Shown here one piece after another: positions 37,511-50,700 of a stretch of 64,000 nucleotides of DNA. Both the position numbers and the translations under genes were made by a program. Location: the NCBI GenBank assembly GCA_043228905.1, contig JBHGNT010000017.1:2108001-2172000 (forward strand), given 5' to 3'. Source of the stretch: Azolla caroliniana. Taxonomy: Eukaryota > Plantae > Polypodiophyta. Each line of letters starts with the position of its first letter. Position 1 is the first letter of the stretch. A model generated the notes under the pieces. The model saw nothing but the letters and a program-made list of their open reading frames with translations, ran no database searches and was not told the DNA's origin.

Positions 37511-40500
37511 AACGACCTCCAAACTGTCATACGCAGGTATTCAACAGCAATCGAATGCTTCTTGATCTTCCGCACAGACGACTTTGTCTCCAACATCTGG
37601 TATCAGAGCCTGCACAATAGTCGGTCCTTCAATCCGCTGTCGGCCGTCGTCTCAGCATTCGGTTTCCTGCGTCATTCGAAGAAGAGAGAAGAAGAAGAAA
37701 AACGAGGCTTGCATCTCTTCGCGTTAGATCCTCTTCGCTTGGGGTAAGCCAGCCGGTTGTACTCCGTTCCCTGTGATCGCAACGCTCGAGGTGAAATCCC
37801 CTTGTGCAACACTGACACGATCGTGCTCCACTCGGTTAAACAGCATCCGAAGAGGTCAACAAACGCCGCTCGTTGTAACCACTCGGTGCAGATCGGTCTC
37901 AAGACAACAACCCCAATTCGCGCTTCATCCGGCTGATCGACATTCGGGAGGATCAGTTGGATCTGTCTCTCTCGTCGCTGCAGCCACCCGAAGCAGAATC
38001 GGTCCAGATAATCGGTTTCAATAATCGGTATTCGGCATATATATCCGAAGCGAACCGGGCTCACTCCGACTCGGCAACATTCGGGAAGACCAGTCGGTTC
38101 TGTCCCTCAAGTTACCGGAGTCAATTCGAGCAAGTTCCGAAGCCGAACCGACTCGGGTTCAAATCCGACTAGAACGATATCGGGTGAGCCAACCGGCTGC
38201 ACTCCAACAAGGTTCGTAGTCAACTCCGAACCGAGCTTCGTCAACCGAAACCGAATTTGATGGCATCAACATCCGGCTCGTCAGAAATGAGTCTACGAAA
38301 GTTCGATGGATCGAACTTCAACTTCTGGAAGGAGCAAATGCAGGACTATCTCATAGTCAAGGGGCAAATCGATCCCATCGAAAATGAAGAACCTCCAGAA
38401 GGATACAAACCAATTGAGTGGCAGAAGCTGGACAGAATTGTCCGCGCCACGATTCGGATGCACCTATCGGAATCGGTATACTTTACGGTGCAATCGTGTA
38501 CGACAGCATTCGAACTGTGGAAAACACTGTCGGACACTTACGAAAAGAAGGTCGCCCCAACGAAGATGTTTCTGATCCGGCGCCTCTACAACTTGCGGAT
38601 GAAAGAATCCGATTCGGTTCAAGCACACCTCAATGAGTACGAAAGCATAAGCTCCCAAATCTCGTCACAGGGGACGGCAATCGAGGATGAACTCAGAGCA
38701 ATGATACTCATGAGCAGCCTTCCCTCATCATGGGAAACTTTCGTCACAACCGTGTGCAACGCGTCAACCACGGCTGTTAAATACTCCGAAGTCACGAGCG
38801 CAATCCTGACCGAAGCAGCTCGGAGAAAGTCTTTCGCCAAAGACTCAACAGACGACGCTTATGTAGTACAAGGTTCGACAGACCGATCGAACATACGAGG
38901 AAGAGATTCCTCACGGCCGCCGAACAATCAGCGAAGACGGAGCCAGTCACGGGATAACCGAATCTGCAACTATTGCAAGAAACCCGGACACATCAAAGCC
39001 GACTGTCGCGCACTCAAGAACAAGAACAACAAGAAGAGTGGCCGGCATGAGGAGATCAATTACGTCAGCTTCTCAGCTGATGTGCTACCAGACGACCCGA
39101 ATATACTATCAATCGAAAATCCAGTCGGATCAGAAGTTCTGCTCACGACTGAAGAATCGAGCACATGGCTCTTAGATTCGGGCGCGTCATTTCACGTGAC
39201 TCCTCATCGATCCCAATTTCGGCAATATACGATCCGTCACTCCGACTCAGTTCGGGTCGGCAACTCGCAACACTGTGACATCATTGGAATCGGCACAGTA
39301 GAGCTCAACCTTGCAGGTGGCTCTACACTTGTACTCCACAATGTCCGACATGTACCCGAGCTCTCAAGGCCATTGATCTCAGTTGGACAACTAGATGAAG
39401 ACGGCATTCGTGCCGGTTTTTCTTCGGGAGGGTGGACACTCCACAGGGGGAACCTCCTGCTTGCTAGAGGACCCAAGATACACTCCCTGTATCCGTTACA
39501 TGTTACGCTCAGAGAGGGTAACCTGTTTTTGGTGGATATTCCTGTGTCATCACTATGGCACCGAAGATTAGGACACCTCAGCAAGGCCGGCATCACGCAC
39601 CTATCTAGAGCCGGATACATCCCTAAACTCTCCTTCTCCGACCATCAATTCTGCGAGCATTGCCAGTATGGCAAACAAGCAGCCGCATCACACCCGACAT
39701 CAGCACCAAGAGAAACGAGACCTCTCGATTTGGTCCACTCGGACGTCTGTGGCCCAATGCCGCATCAGTCTCTTGGCGGTGCCTCTTACTTCGTCAGTTT
39801 TATTGACGATTTGACTCGAAAGGTGTGGGCTTATCCAATTCGCACCAAAGATCGTGTCTTCTCGATCTTCACCGATTGGCTCGCTATGGTGGAAAATCAA
39901 ACCGACCGAAAGCTGAAATGCTTTCGGATAGACAATGGGGGAGAGTTTAAATCCGAAGAATTCGTCAAATTCTGCCGACAACGCGGCATCCGACGTGAAC
40001 TTACGGCACCACACAGTCCGGAGCAAAACGGGATTGCAGAACGAATGAATCGGACAATCCAAGAACGGACAGTTTCCATGCTCCAACACTCCGGACTGTC
40101 GGATGGCTTCTGGGCAGAGGCTCTACTCACGGCAGTACACATAATCAATATGTCGCCAAGTAGACCTCTAGGACTTCAAATTCCTCAGGAACTATGGATC
40201 GGCAGTAAGCCGAATTACGACAAGCTGAGGATCTTCGGATGCGAGGCGTACGCCCTTATTCCGAAAGATGATCGCCGAAAACTTGCACCTCGGTCCAGGA
40301 AATGCATTTTCCTTGGATATGGATCCGACGGCGAAATGGGATACCGACTCTGGGACCCCGAACGCAGACAAATCGTTCGAAGTTCGGACGTTGTGTTCAA
40401 CGAGTCGGCTATGAATCCATCAGTTGAAAAACCGATCGAAGTCCGAAGGGTAACATTTTCCGATGTGCCGACCCTTCAAGAAGGCCCTGCTCTCAACACA

Positions 40501-42649
40501 CGGTCAGCTTCACGGGTAGCTGAACCTTACACTACCGACTCGGACAACCCCGACTCGGCACAGCAGAACAATCCGCTTTCGGACCATCCGGCCTTGATAC
40601 CCGATGCGACCAGTCCAATCTTACCTCGCCGATCCGAGAGACTGTCGCAACCTCTGGAGAGGTATTCTCCTGGAATTTTCTTCACCCACGCCGGCGAACC
40701 GACGTCTTACGAAGAAGCATCGACATCTGTCGATTCCGCCACCTGGCATCTGGCGATGGAGTCGGAAATGCACTCCATTCGGGCAAACAAGACTTGGGAT
40801 CTGGTCGAATTACCTAGGAACCGACGTGCTCTTCCTTGCAAGTGGGTTTATCGACTAAAAGAGACGTCTGATTCGACCACCCCAAAGTACAAGGCCAGAT
40901 TAGTTGCGAAGGGCTTCCGACAAGAATATGGCGTCGAATTCGACGAGATTTTTTCACCAGTGGTGAAAATGACAACCCTTCGTTTTCTACTCGGCGTAGT
41001 GGCAGCCGACAACTTGGAGCTGATTCAGCTAGATGTCAAAACAGCATTCCTCCATGGTGATCTTGACGAGGAAATTTATATGGAGCAGCCAAAAGGCTTC
41101 GTGGCAACCGGCCAAGAACATCTAGTCTGCCGACTCAGGAAGAGTCTATACGGCCTCAAACAGGCACCGCGACAATGGTACAAGAAGTTCGACGACTTCA
41201 TCCAATCGATCGGCTTCTCAAAAAGCGATGAGGACCATTGTCTCTTCACCAACACAGCTCAAGATGGATCACCCATCTTCCTCATCATTTACGTGGACGA
41301 CATGCTAATCTCTGGACGCCACGCGGGCGAACTTGCCGATCTCGTTCGGCAACTGCGGTTGAAGTTTGCCATGAAGGACCTCGGTCCGGCACGACACATC
41401 CTTGGCATGAAAATTAGTCGGCATCGCGATAAACGACATCTTTTTTTGTCTCAGACCGACTATATCGGACGTGTCTTGGAACGCTTCAACATGCAATCAG
41501 CCAAATCTGCTTCAACCCCGCTCCCCATGAATCTTCGGCTCTCTCAGTGAGACTGCCCGACATCCGGTCCGGAGGGGGAAGATATGAAGTCGGTACCGTA
41601 TGCACCGGCAGTCGGCTCCCTTATGTACCTGATGGTCGCGACACGGCCTGATATTTCTCACGCCGTAGGAGTCGTTAGCAGATTTATGCACAATCCTGGC
41701 CGATCGCATTGGAACGCAGTCAAGCATGTGTTCAGATATCTGGCTGGCACAAAAGACCACGGCATTCTTTTCGGTCCGAACCGAACCTCAGGCGTAGTCG
41801 GTTACACCGACTCGTACTTCGCCGGCTGTATAGACAGTCGGAAATCAACAACCGGATACTACTTCAAATTCGGCAATGGAGCAATCTCGTGGAAGTCGAA
41901 ACTTCAGGAGTGCACAGCGACCTCAACGACCGAAGCAGAATATGTAGCTGCGTCCGACGCAGCAAAAGAAGCTTTGTGGCTCGGTCGGCTGGCGCACACG
42001 TTTCGACAAGTCGACCATGACTCGGCTCCAGTTGTCTATAGCGACAGTCAAGGTGCTGTTGCCTTGTCGAAAAATCCGGTTCACCAAAACGCCTCCAAAC
42101 ATATCGACGTTCGATATCACTTCGTTCGGGACTGCGTCATTTCAGGGAAAATCGGTCTAGAGAAAATATCCACAACCGACAATGTCGCAGATGGAATGAC
42201 CAAGTGTCTTTCGGCAGACCGTTTTCGGTCTCTTCGGCATCAGATGGGCGTAACGACAAACCAGTCCGGTTAGAGCCGGACACAGAGCAGGATGGTTCCC
42301 GACAACCGACATCAGTTCCTTAATGATCGGCTTCAACTGTTCCGACCCGACCAGTTCGGTCTTCTGCCTTCGGACCCTGCCGACTCGAACAAAGCTGATA
42401 TGTCCGAGAACCTAAGTCTATACCTGTAATCTTAGATAACCCATGTATACGCCCATTACGGGGGAGTGTCGAATACATGTGTATAATGGACGTATTCACA
42501 CTATCCTGTTTTGGCCATTTATGTAATTAGCATAAAGGGTAGTTGCCCTAAGTCGGTCACTATATATAGTGACCTTGTAACCTTTTTGTAAAGGTTTTTT
42601 TTTGTTGGGTGTTGTATTATTGCTTTATGGAATAAGAAGTACTTTTGTG

Positions 42650-42700
<51 letters not shown>

Positions 42701-42785
42701 AACGACCTCCAAACTGTCATACGCAGGTATTCAACAGCAATCGAATGCTTCTTGATCTTCCGCACAGACGACTTTGTCTCCAACA
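37287..42785 (+). mobile_element. Full-length, very young copia C inserted in the pol of G
   Basis: TSD CTCAT; LTRs 37287-37595 and 42467-42785 identical by eye apart from 10 bp of (CT)n; PBS at 37598; PPT acgggggag. Confidence 0.97.
38260..42273 (+). pseudogene. Copia C gag-pol with one premature stop at 41548-41550
   Basis: A single frame from ATG 38260; C has TGA where copies B and D have CGA (LSQ-R-DCP). Confidence 0.9.
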
Positions 42786-45700
42786 CTCATCGTCACCGTA
42801 ACCGAGGAATATGCATGGCCGGGTCTTTGGATCTAACTTACCTCTCTGGTCCTTAGCTACATGCACGTAAGCGAGACACCCGAACACCTTCAGATGCTGG
42901 TAGGATACTTCCTTACCGGTCCACACTCTCTATGGCGTGTCTCCGTCCAAGGGTACTGAGGGTGATCTATTTATCACGTATGTCGCCTCAGCCCAAAACT
43001 TCTTGGGTAGTTTTGCATGCGCTAGCATACTCCGGACCCTCTCCATTATGGTCCGGTTCATCCTCTCGGCCAGCCCGTTTAGTTCCGGCGTCTTCGGCAC
43101 GGTAAATTCGAGCCGGATTCCCTTTGAGCGGCAGTACTCCTCGAACAGCCCCCGGTATTCACCTCTGTTATCTGCTCGAACCGCCTTCAGCTTCCGGCCG
43201 GTTTCTCTTTCCACTCTCGTGTGGAGCTCTTTGAAGACGGATAGCACCTGATCCTTCGTCTTCAACGGTGTGGCCCACAGCTTCCGGTTGTGGTCATCTA
43301 TGAACGTCACGAAGTACTGCGCTCCGGCATGTGACTTCGTGTTTACCTGACACACATCCATATGCACCAACTCCAGTGGTGCAATACGTCTCATCGGTGG
43401 CCTTGGTCGGAAGGAGGTCCGGTTCTGCTTACCGGCCATACAATCAGTGCACTTCTGTAAGTGCACGTTCTTCACTGGAATGAGGTTGTCGTCTGCAAGC
43501 CTCTTCATCCCCTTCTTGCTCATATGACACAGCCTCTTGTGCCACAACTCACCGGCAGTGTCGGATGCCACGTTCACTTCTTCCGGGCATAACCGGGCAT
43601 TCATCAGGTACAATGTGTTGACCTTCTGGGCCCGCGCCACAATCAGGCTCCCTTTGCTGAACTTCATGACACCGTTCCGGATGCTACCCATGTAGCCTTC
43701 ATCATCTAGCCGACCGGCTGATATCAGGTTCAGACGAACCTCCGGAACGTGTCAGACATCCTTCAGCAGCAACTTGCATCCGGTTGGTGTTGACAGCCAC
43801 AGTCTCCTATGCCGACAATTCGGCATGTACCTTCATTCCCCATCCGGACACAGCCGTGGTCACTGGCTGAGTAGGATGAGAAGCATTTCCGGTCCGGGGT
43901 AAGGTGGAACGACGCTCCGGAGTCTACCACCCAGGTCATCTCGTCGCCGGCAAGGTTTATCTCACTCTCCTCGGTGATGAGCATCAACTCTTCTTCACTT
44001 GCCGCGATTGCCGTCGTTCCCTTCCGGTCTTTACCGTTCCGGTCCGGGGTCCGCTTCGAATCGGTACCGTCGGTTTCCTTGTCTTTACGGAAATGCCGAC
44101 AGTTCTTATGGAAGTGACTCGACTTGCCGCAATAGAAGCAAGTGGGCCTCCCCCTTGACTTTGACCGTGTCCCCGACTTCTCTCGGTCTGGGGACTATGG
44201 TTTCTTTGTCTTCCGCGTTCCGATTCGGTAAGGAGCGCTTTGGAGTCGGAGCTCGTATCTTTATCTTTCCGATGGGCCTCCTCATCTAGCAAGCTCGATT
44301 TTACTCTTGCTAGGGATAACCGCTTTCCTTCCGGCCTGGCGTTGCCCAAAGTGACAACCAACATCTCCCAGCTATTCGGGAGGGAACCGAGCAAGAGTAG
44401 CGTTAGTACCTCGTCGGCGAGAGGTACTTCCAATGATGTTGCCTGGTGTATCAGCCCCTGGAAGGCATTCATGTGCTCCGCCATGCTGGAGCCGTCTTGG
44501 TACCGGAGTCTTACTAGCTTCCGGAATACCGACACCTGATTAACAACATTTTTGTTCTGAAACATTATGCCGATCTTCTCCCAGAGCTCATGAGCCTTGC
44601 TCTCTTCATTGAAGTTGTTGTACAGGCTCATGTCGATGAAGCACCGGATGTACGCCGTTGTCTTCATGTGCATCACCTCCCATATCGCGGCGTCGATTTT
44701 GCCCGGTCTCTTGTCCCCGAACTGAACCGACAGCCAGAGGTCTTTAACCACGAGCATGTCCCTCATCTTCGACTTCCATACCGAATAGTTGGAGCCGGTG
44801 AGCTTGAACATGCCGCCAAACGATTCGTCCATTTTTTGTGTCGATTTCGCTCTAATACCACTTGACGGGAACCCAACATTCCTTATGCGCAACGCTCGCC
44901 ACAACCGAGCTTAGAATGATACACAGAAAACGAGAAATAAAATGCGACAGAAAGAAGGAGAGAATACACAAGAGGTTTATGTGGAAAACCCCAAACTAGG
45001 GGAAAAAACCACGGCAGCCCATAGGCTGCAAACTGTCACTATGTAGGAATATACAATAATGAGTTCACTGAGGCACCGACCTCGTGCTCACAAATCTTCG
45101 CCACAGGCGGCGGTTACAACAGAGGCAACGACCTCTTTCTCTCTCTCTCTCTCTCTGTACAGTTACGCACACTAATCTCGTGCAAAACAGAAAATGACAA
45201 CAACAACTAAAAGTTTTCCCTAAGTCATATTTATACTAATATGACTTTTCGGCTATTTACAAATATAGCCTCGATGGGCTCTCAGAAACATATTTACGAA
45301 TATGTCCCTTCCCCCAGTTCTCACCGGGTCTGCGTCATCCGGCTCTCCGTAGCCGGGTGCTCCTCATCCGGTTCATACTGGGTCTGCACCATCCGGCTCT
45401 CCGTAGCCGGGTACTCCTCTTCTGGTTCTCACCGGGCCTGCACCATCCGGCTCTCCGTAGCCGAGTACTCCTCTTCCGGTTCTCACCGGGCATGTACCGT
45501 CCGGTTCTCCGTAACCGGGTACTCCTCATCCGGTCTACACCGGGTCTGTATCATCCGGCTCTCCGTAGCCGGGTCCACCTCATACGGATTCAGCCTCGGC
45601 CTAGTTTGTTCATCGGCACTGTTCTTCTCCCTTCCCATCCGGAGGGACCTGTCTCCCAACACTTTTTTCCACAATACAAGCATTCTGTGTCGGCCTTTGC

Positions 45701-47257
45701 TTGCCGGCCTCTGGCGCCGCCTTCTCTCCCCCTGCTTGTGGAGGGTCCGGAACTGTTGTCGACACGTTCTTTGTGCCTTCGGTCCTGCTCTTGCCGACCG
45801 CTATCATTGCGAGCCGACCTGCCTCCGTGTACAACATCCGGTTGTCGGTGGGTGCACTTGTTGACACACCGGCGTGGTTCTCCTCCACAAGGAGCATCGA
45901 CTGTAAGTCGAAAAATGACGACGTATTCTCCCTCGTACAAACCGTCGTTCGGAAAGCTCCGAACTTAGACGCTAACCCGCCAAGACAAGCCTGCACCATC
46001 TCGTCCTCCTCAACGTTCACATTGACAGAGGCGAGTGAGTCGCAAATTTCTTTAATCTTAGTGGTGTAGTCAGCCATCAACATATCTCGTTGTCGTACAT
46101 TGCTCAACTCTTGCCTGAGTTGAAGCTTCCTGGCTGTAGTGCTTTCGGCAAAGACCTTTTTCAGATTTCCCCAAGCTTCTTTGGGTGTCTTGGCGTCTCG
46201 GATATGGCTCAGTAGCTGGTCTCCAACACTAGATGCAAAGTAGTAGATCACTCTGCTTGCCGCTTGTTCCCACACAGGGAAGTCCTTGTGTGTCGCATCA
46301 GGTGTTGTGTCGTTAGCTCCGTCGACATAGCTCTAGTAACCATGCCCAAGCATGTACTAGTGCATCTTGTAATACCAAGATGCGTAGTTGGTTTTGTCGA
46401 GCTTCTCCACTTTACGAAGGTTAGGTTAGGCTAGCCATTCCTCTGTCCATTTTGTTTTTCCTGTTCTTTACGAAGGTTAGGTTTTCTTCTTGAGCTAAGG
46501 TCGGTTGCAGAGGTTCTCAACCCTCGTGGTCTGATACCATGTAAAAGAATAGCATGCGGAAGCAATAGAAAACCGAACACAGAAACACAAGTTTAATGGA
46601 GAGCTTGACAGTATGCGGGAAAGACAGAGAATGAGCAAAACGTTACTAATCTATTACCAAACAATAATAGTTCTCTGTAATACACTGTACATGAAACGTG
46701 CTCAACAACACTATTTATACAAGTCCTAAGAGGACTGACAGAAGTACCGCATACTTCAATGCTCACTCGAGCGTCTGACACTAACTACGAGACTATTAAC
46801 TACCTAGTAGTCTAGGCTACCGCTAGGCTTCCGGTTACTGCTGGATCTGGCTAACCGGCTCCCCAGCTCACCGGTTCACTTGCTCACCGGTCCGGCTTCA
46901 TCCTTCCGGATGCCAATCCGAATCCGGTTGAGCTTGTCGCTCAACACTCCACTCCTAAGTACATTTAATATAGGACTTACACCTTAGTACCTATATTCCA
47001 CTCACACATGTGCACCTTTGCACATGAGATGTATATATACCTCATTGTGGGTATTTTTGTATTTGATGATCATAATGCTAATTTAATATAGTTACTCATC
47101 CCCCATCTTGTGTTGTTCATAAGTATCTCTCTCTCTCTCTCTCTCTCTTCCTCTCACACACATACACACACATATCAATTAATCTTCCGCTTATTAAGTT
47201 AATCACATAATTAGGTACTAATTAACCCTTCCTTAATTACTTACCTAATTTTTAACA

Positions 47258-48322
47258 CGAATTGATTTTCGTAAAAATCCAACAAACCCTAAGAATGATC
47301 GCAGTTCACGAATATTACGAGGAATGGGGCAAAGTTTAATCTTTTCAATATGAGAAGGTTCAATTTCAGCACCATTTTCCGTAATTAAATGACCTAGGTA
47401 CACAATAGATTTTTGGAAAAAATCACATTTTGAGTGTTTTGCATAAAAAGAGTTGTCATGCAACTTTTGCAAAACAAATCGAACATGTTGAACATGATCT
47501 TGCAAGGTACGACTACATATCAAAATATCATCCAAGAAGACGACAACAAAATCACTAAGTTGATCTCGAAAAACGACATTCATCGCTTGTTGGAATGTGG
47601 CTGGAGCATTAGTCAACCCAAAAGGCATGACTAAAAACTCATAATGGCCATAGCGCGTACGAAAAACAGTTTTAGGAATATCATCCTCGACAATTTGAAT
47701 CTGATGATAACCTGTTCATAAGTCAATTTTCGTAAAATATCAGGGCCCATGCAAGCGATCAATCAAATCATCGACACGAGGTAACGGAGATGCATTTTTA
47801 ATTGTCATTTTATTCAAACGGCGATGATTGATACACATTCGCCATCAACCTTCCTTCTTAACTAATAGAACTGGCGCACCCCAAGGTGATTTACTATACC
47901 TAATGTGGCCCATACTCAAGTATTCCTTAAGTTGTTTAGCGATATCATCCTCTTCTAATCGACTAAGCCAGTAAGGTGGAATGCTCACAGGAGTAGCACC
48001 GGGGAGGAGTTCAATTTCATGGTCCACATTACGTTGTGGTGGTAAAGTAAGCGACAATTCGTTAGGAAACACGTTGTCGCGAAGATTCGTGCGTGCGTGT
48101 GCTACTCGAGCGACCACCAGGGTCTTGGATTGGGGAGGACGTTCGCAGAATTATCGAAGAGATGACGATCAATGTAAGATTGGATGAAATTTGTTCACTT
48201 GAGAAGAAGAAAGATTGTACACTTGAGAAGTAGAAAAACATGAAGAAGATAAAGATGAATATAATTATTGTAACGAATCAGATATGATTCTTGTGTAGCG
48301 GAATAGGTGTGAACTGTGTGTG

Positions 48323-48360
<38 letters not shown>

Positions 48361-50700
48361 AGTAATACACAGAAAATACGCAAGGTAAAAATTATATTAA
48401 CAAAAGAGAAAGACTCAACATTATACAAAGTGGGAGGAGGGTGCTTTATATAGTCACCCTCTCTCTTCATTAACTACAAGACTCATGGAGCATGGGGAAT
48501 GTGAAAGCTCATAAGTTATGTGTCATAGAATATGATTCTATAACTCATACTAAATGCTAGAATACAAAGTGGTGACATAGTGGTGACTCTTGACCGTTGG
48601 AGTGTCTATTCACTCTCAAGGTGAGTTCACACACTAGACCAAGTTGAGGTTGATTCTCAACAATTATATTTATGATAGTGGTGTTGGTGATATCACATAT
48701 TGAGCCCCCCCTTACACAAGCCTTACTAGAGGCTTTTATAGGTCTCTCCATGCTTGTGACATGCACAAACCATGGGCTAAAACCATGGTTTTGTGCACAC
48801 AATTTTGCTTATGACATGCACAAAACCATGGGCTAAAAACCATGGTTTTGACTGTTTGCAACCTATGAAATACTGAATATGAAAAGAAAATATTCAAAAT
48901 GTAAACCATGTAGTAATAGCTTTAGTGGTATGATAATTGCTTCTTACCTTAGACGTGCAAGGTTCAAATCCTACTTGCAACCCTCAATATGCACTCAGTA
49001 CCATCATGTCCTAAGTTTATTTATTATTATTTTCATTTTTACAAGTATTTGTGTAATGTGCATGTATCCTCAATTTTTCACTTTTTCCTGCATTAAACAT
49101 GCCACATCACGACAACATCTTGAAAATAATCTAAAATAGAGTCGAGTAATTGTTGTTCATAATGTGGTAATGGTGTGGCATCAATATTAAAATAATAAAA
49201 TTGAAGCGCAGGATCAATTACACACGAATAAATTAATGAACTAGAATACTCACTTAAAGATTTAGAAGACACAAGTGAACGAGAAGGAAGTTTGGAACAT
49301 TGAATAAAATGTTTACAATTATTAAGTTCAAATGTGATTGAGTGATTAACCCAATCTATGGACAAAGAAGGGTTTTTATTAAAAAACCAAGGGTATCCTA
49401 AAATAACATCTGCGGATTGCAATTTCATAACATGAAAGTCAAGCTTCTCCAAATAGGTATCTATTTGAATTGGCACTTGACAAACAATACCACTGATGTA
49501 TTGAAGGTTTGCATTTGACATGTGAACTTGATAGATATGATCACTTGCGTTTATGTGGAGTTCCATTTGCTACACAAAGTGATCATTAAGAAAATTGTGA
49601 GAACTACCAGAATCAAACAAGAAATGTGCTTATGTTCCATTGATATACTCGACTGATCGGAGTAAATCATTAGGTCCAAGTAAATGTGAAGGGAAAGTGC
49701 ATTCACATGAACTTAAGTGGTTGGTATGAACTTCAACAACATCAAAAGACTCACCTGTGTGACTCGTAGATTTGTCTTGAGGAGGGGTGTTCATTGACTT
49801 CCTCTCAAGACAACAACAGGTATCCTTTGTGTGGCCCCGCTTCTTGCAATATGCACAGAAGAGGTTCGGTTTCTTGGAGTCGCGGTCCAAAGTGTCATTG
49901 GATTGCTTACGTTTCCCAATGAACTTGACATTCGGAGTTTTGGCGAACTCAGGTTTATTGTGGTCTTTCTTGGAAGTCCTATGGTACCGAAGTACAATGT
50001 TGACGGCTTCCTCAAAAGTTGTGGGGTCCTTGTTATGGACAATCCAATGGTAATCCCCATTAGGAATACCATTCAAAAAGCAAGCAACAAACCATTTCTC
50101 ACTCGGAAGTCCCGATTTTTGGAACTTGGTCCAAGCATGATGCACATAATCCTCGAGAGAGGTAAATGACTTACTCGACAACGTGAGCAAGTGTTGCGCT
50201 TGTTCAGTTTGAGAAGGTGGTTGCAAAAACTATTTCTTAAAAACATCAACGAAATGTTCCCAGGTTGTGGGTAAGTTATTTGCAGTCCTTAGGCCGCGCC
50301 ACCAAGTAGCAGCTCGGCCACCTAACTCACGACCGACATAACCAATTTTTACAGCATCGGGCTTGGGGTGGAGCTCAAAGCGAGACTCCCAACGACCAAG
50401 CCAAGTGCTAATGGCCTCCTCGGTTCTTTCTTTCTTTCTTATCTCCCTTCAATGGCGTTACTACAAAAGAAGGCTCAACTTCTTTCTTGGACTCAATAGT
50501 CAATTCTTGGAATTTCTTTTCCAATGCCATATTTGTCTGCCTCATTTCGGCCAATTGATTCAAGGTAGTAGTGAGCAATTGCTCGATAGTTATCACGGCT
50601 TGTGTGTGAGATGCAGATTGGAGTTGAGAGGTCTCGGTCGGAGAGATTGCTCCAACAACGTTCAAAACTTGTTCCATGATGCAAGTTGTGGTTATGCAAT
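47258..50700 (-). pseudogene. Gypsy A gag, protease and RT (degenerate)
   Basis: CAYCKKRGHTKDTC, LFDSGSSHNF, DVILGYPW, SPWGAPVLLVKK, MPFGLTNAPATFQ, FLDDILI. Confidence 0.9.
48075..49114. mobile_element. 1040-bp insertion I, probable solo LTR, in gypsy A pol
   Basis: Termini TGTCGCGA...TCACGACA with flanks ACGT/ACAT. Removing it with a 4-bp TSD restores FQDVFPNEL. Contains (GA)n and a TATA-like tttatatag. Confidence 0.7.

Larger units (their letters stand above)
34499..45661 (-). mobile_element. Copia G (Tnt1/Tork-like) with ~800-bp LTRs
   Basis: TSD CTTTT; LTRs 34499-35301 and 44863-45661; PBS tggtattagagc 44849-44860; PPT at 35302. Coding pieces: gag 43984-44832, PR WVVDSGAS, INT 42930-43691, RT/RH 35449-37269; frameshifted. 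Confidence 0.95.
33371..46946 (-). mobile_element. Copia F, 3'-truncated within integrase, inserted in the 3' LTR of E
   Basis: 5' LTR 46540-46946, PBS ctgatacca 46531-46539, gag 45662-46400. The zinc knuckle is split by G (CLYCGKK|GHRESEC). PR WYVDSGAS and INT at 33371-34346. Confidence 0.88.
29223..47257 (+). mobile_element. Copia E, defective (RT/RNaseH absent); 3' LTR split by element F
   Basis: TSD CGAAT. 5' LTR 29223-29668 with PBS at 29669; 3' LTR pieces 33290-~33370 and 46947-47257; PPT gagggggcg. gag/PR/INT are recognisable but frameshifted. Confidence 0.92.

Noticed and set aside
48173-48716. Nested solo LTR bounded by TGTAAG...CTTACA
   Set aside because: The flanks ATCAA and CAAGC do not form a TSD.
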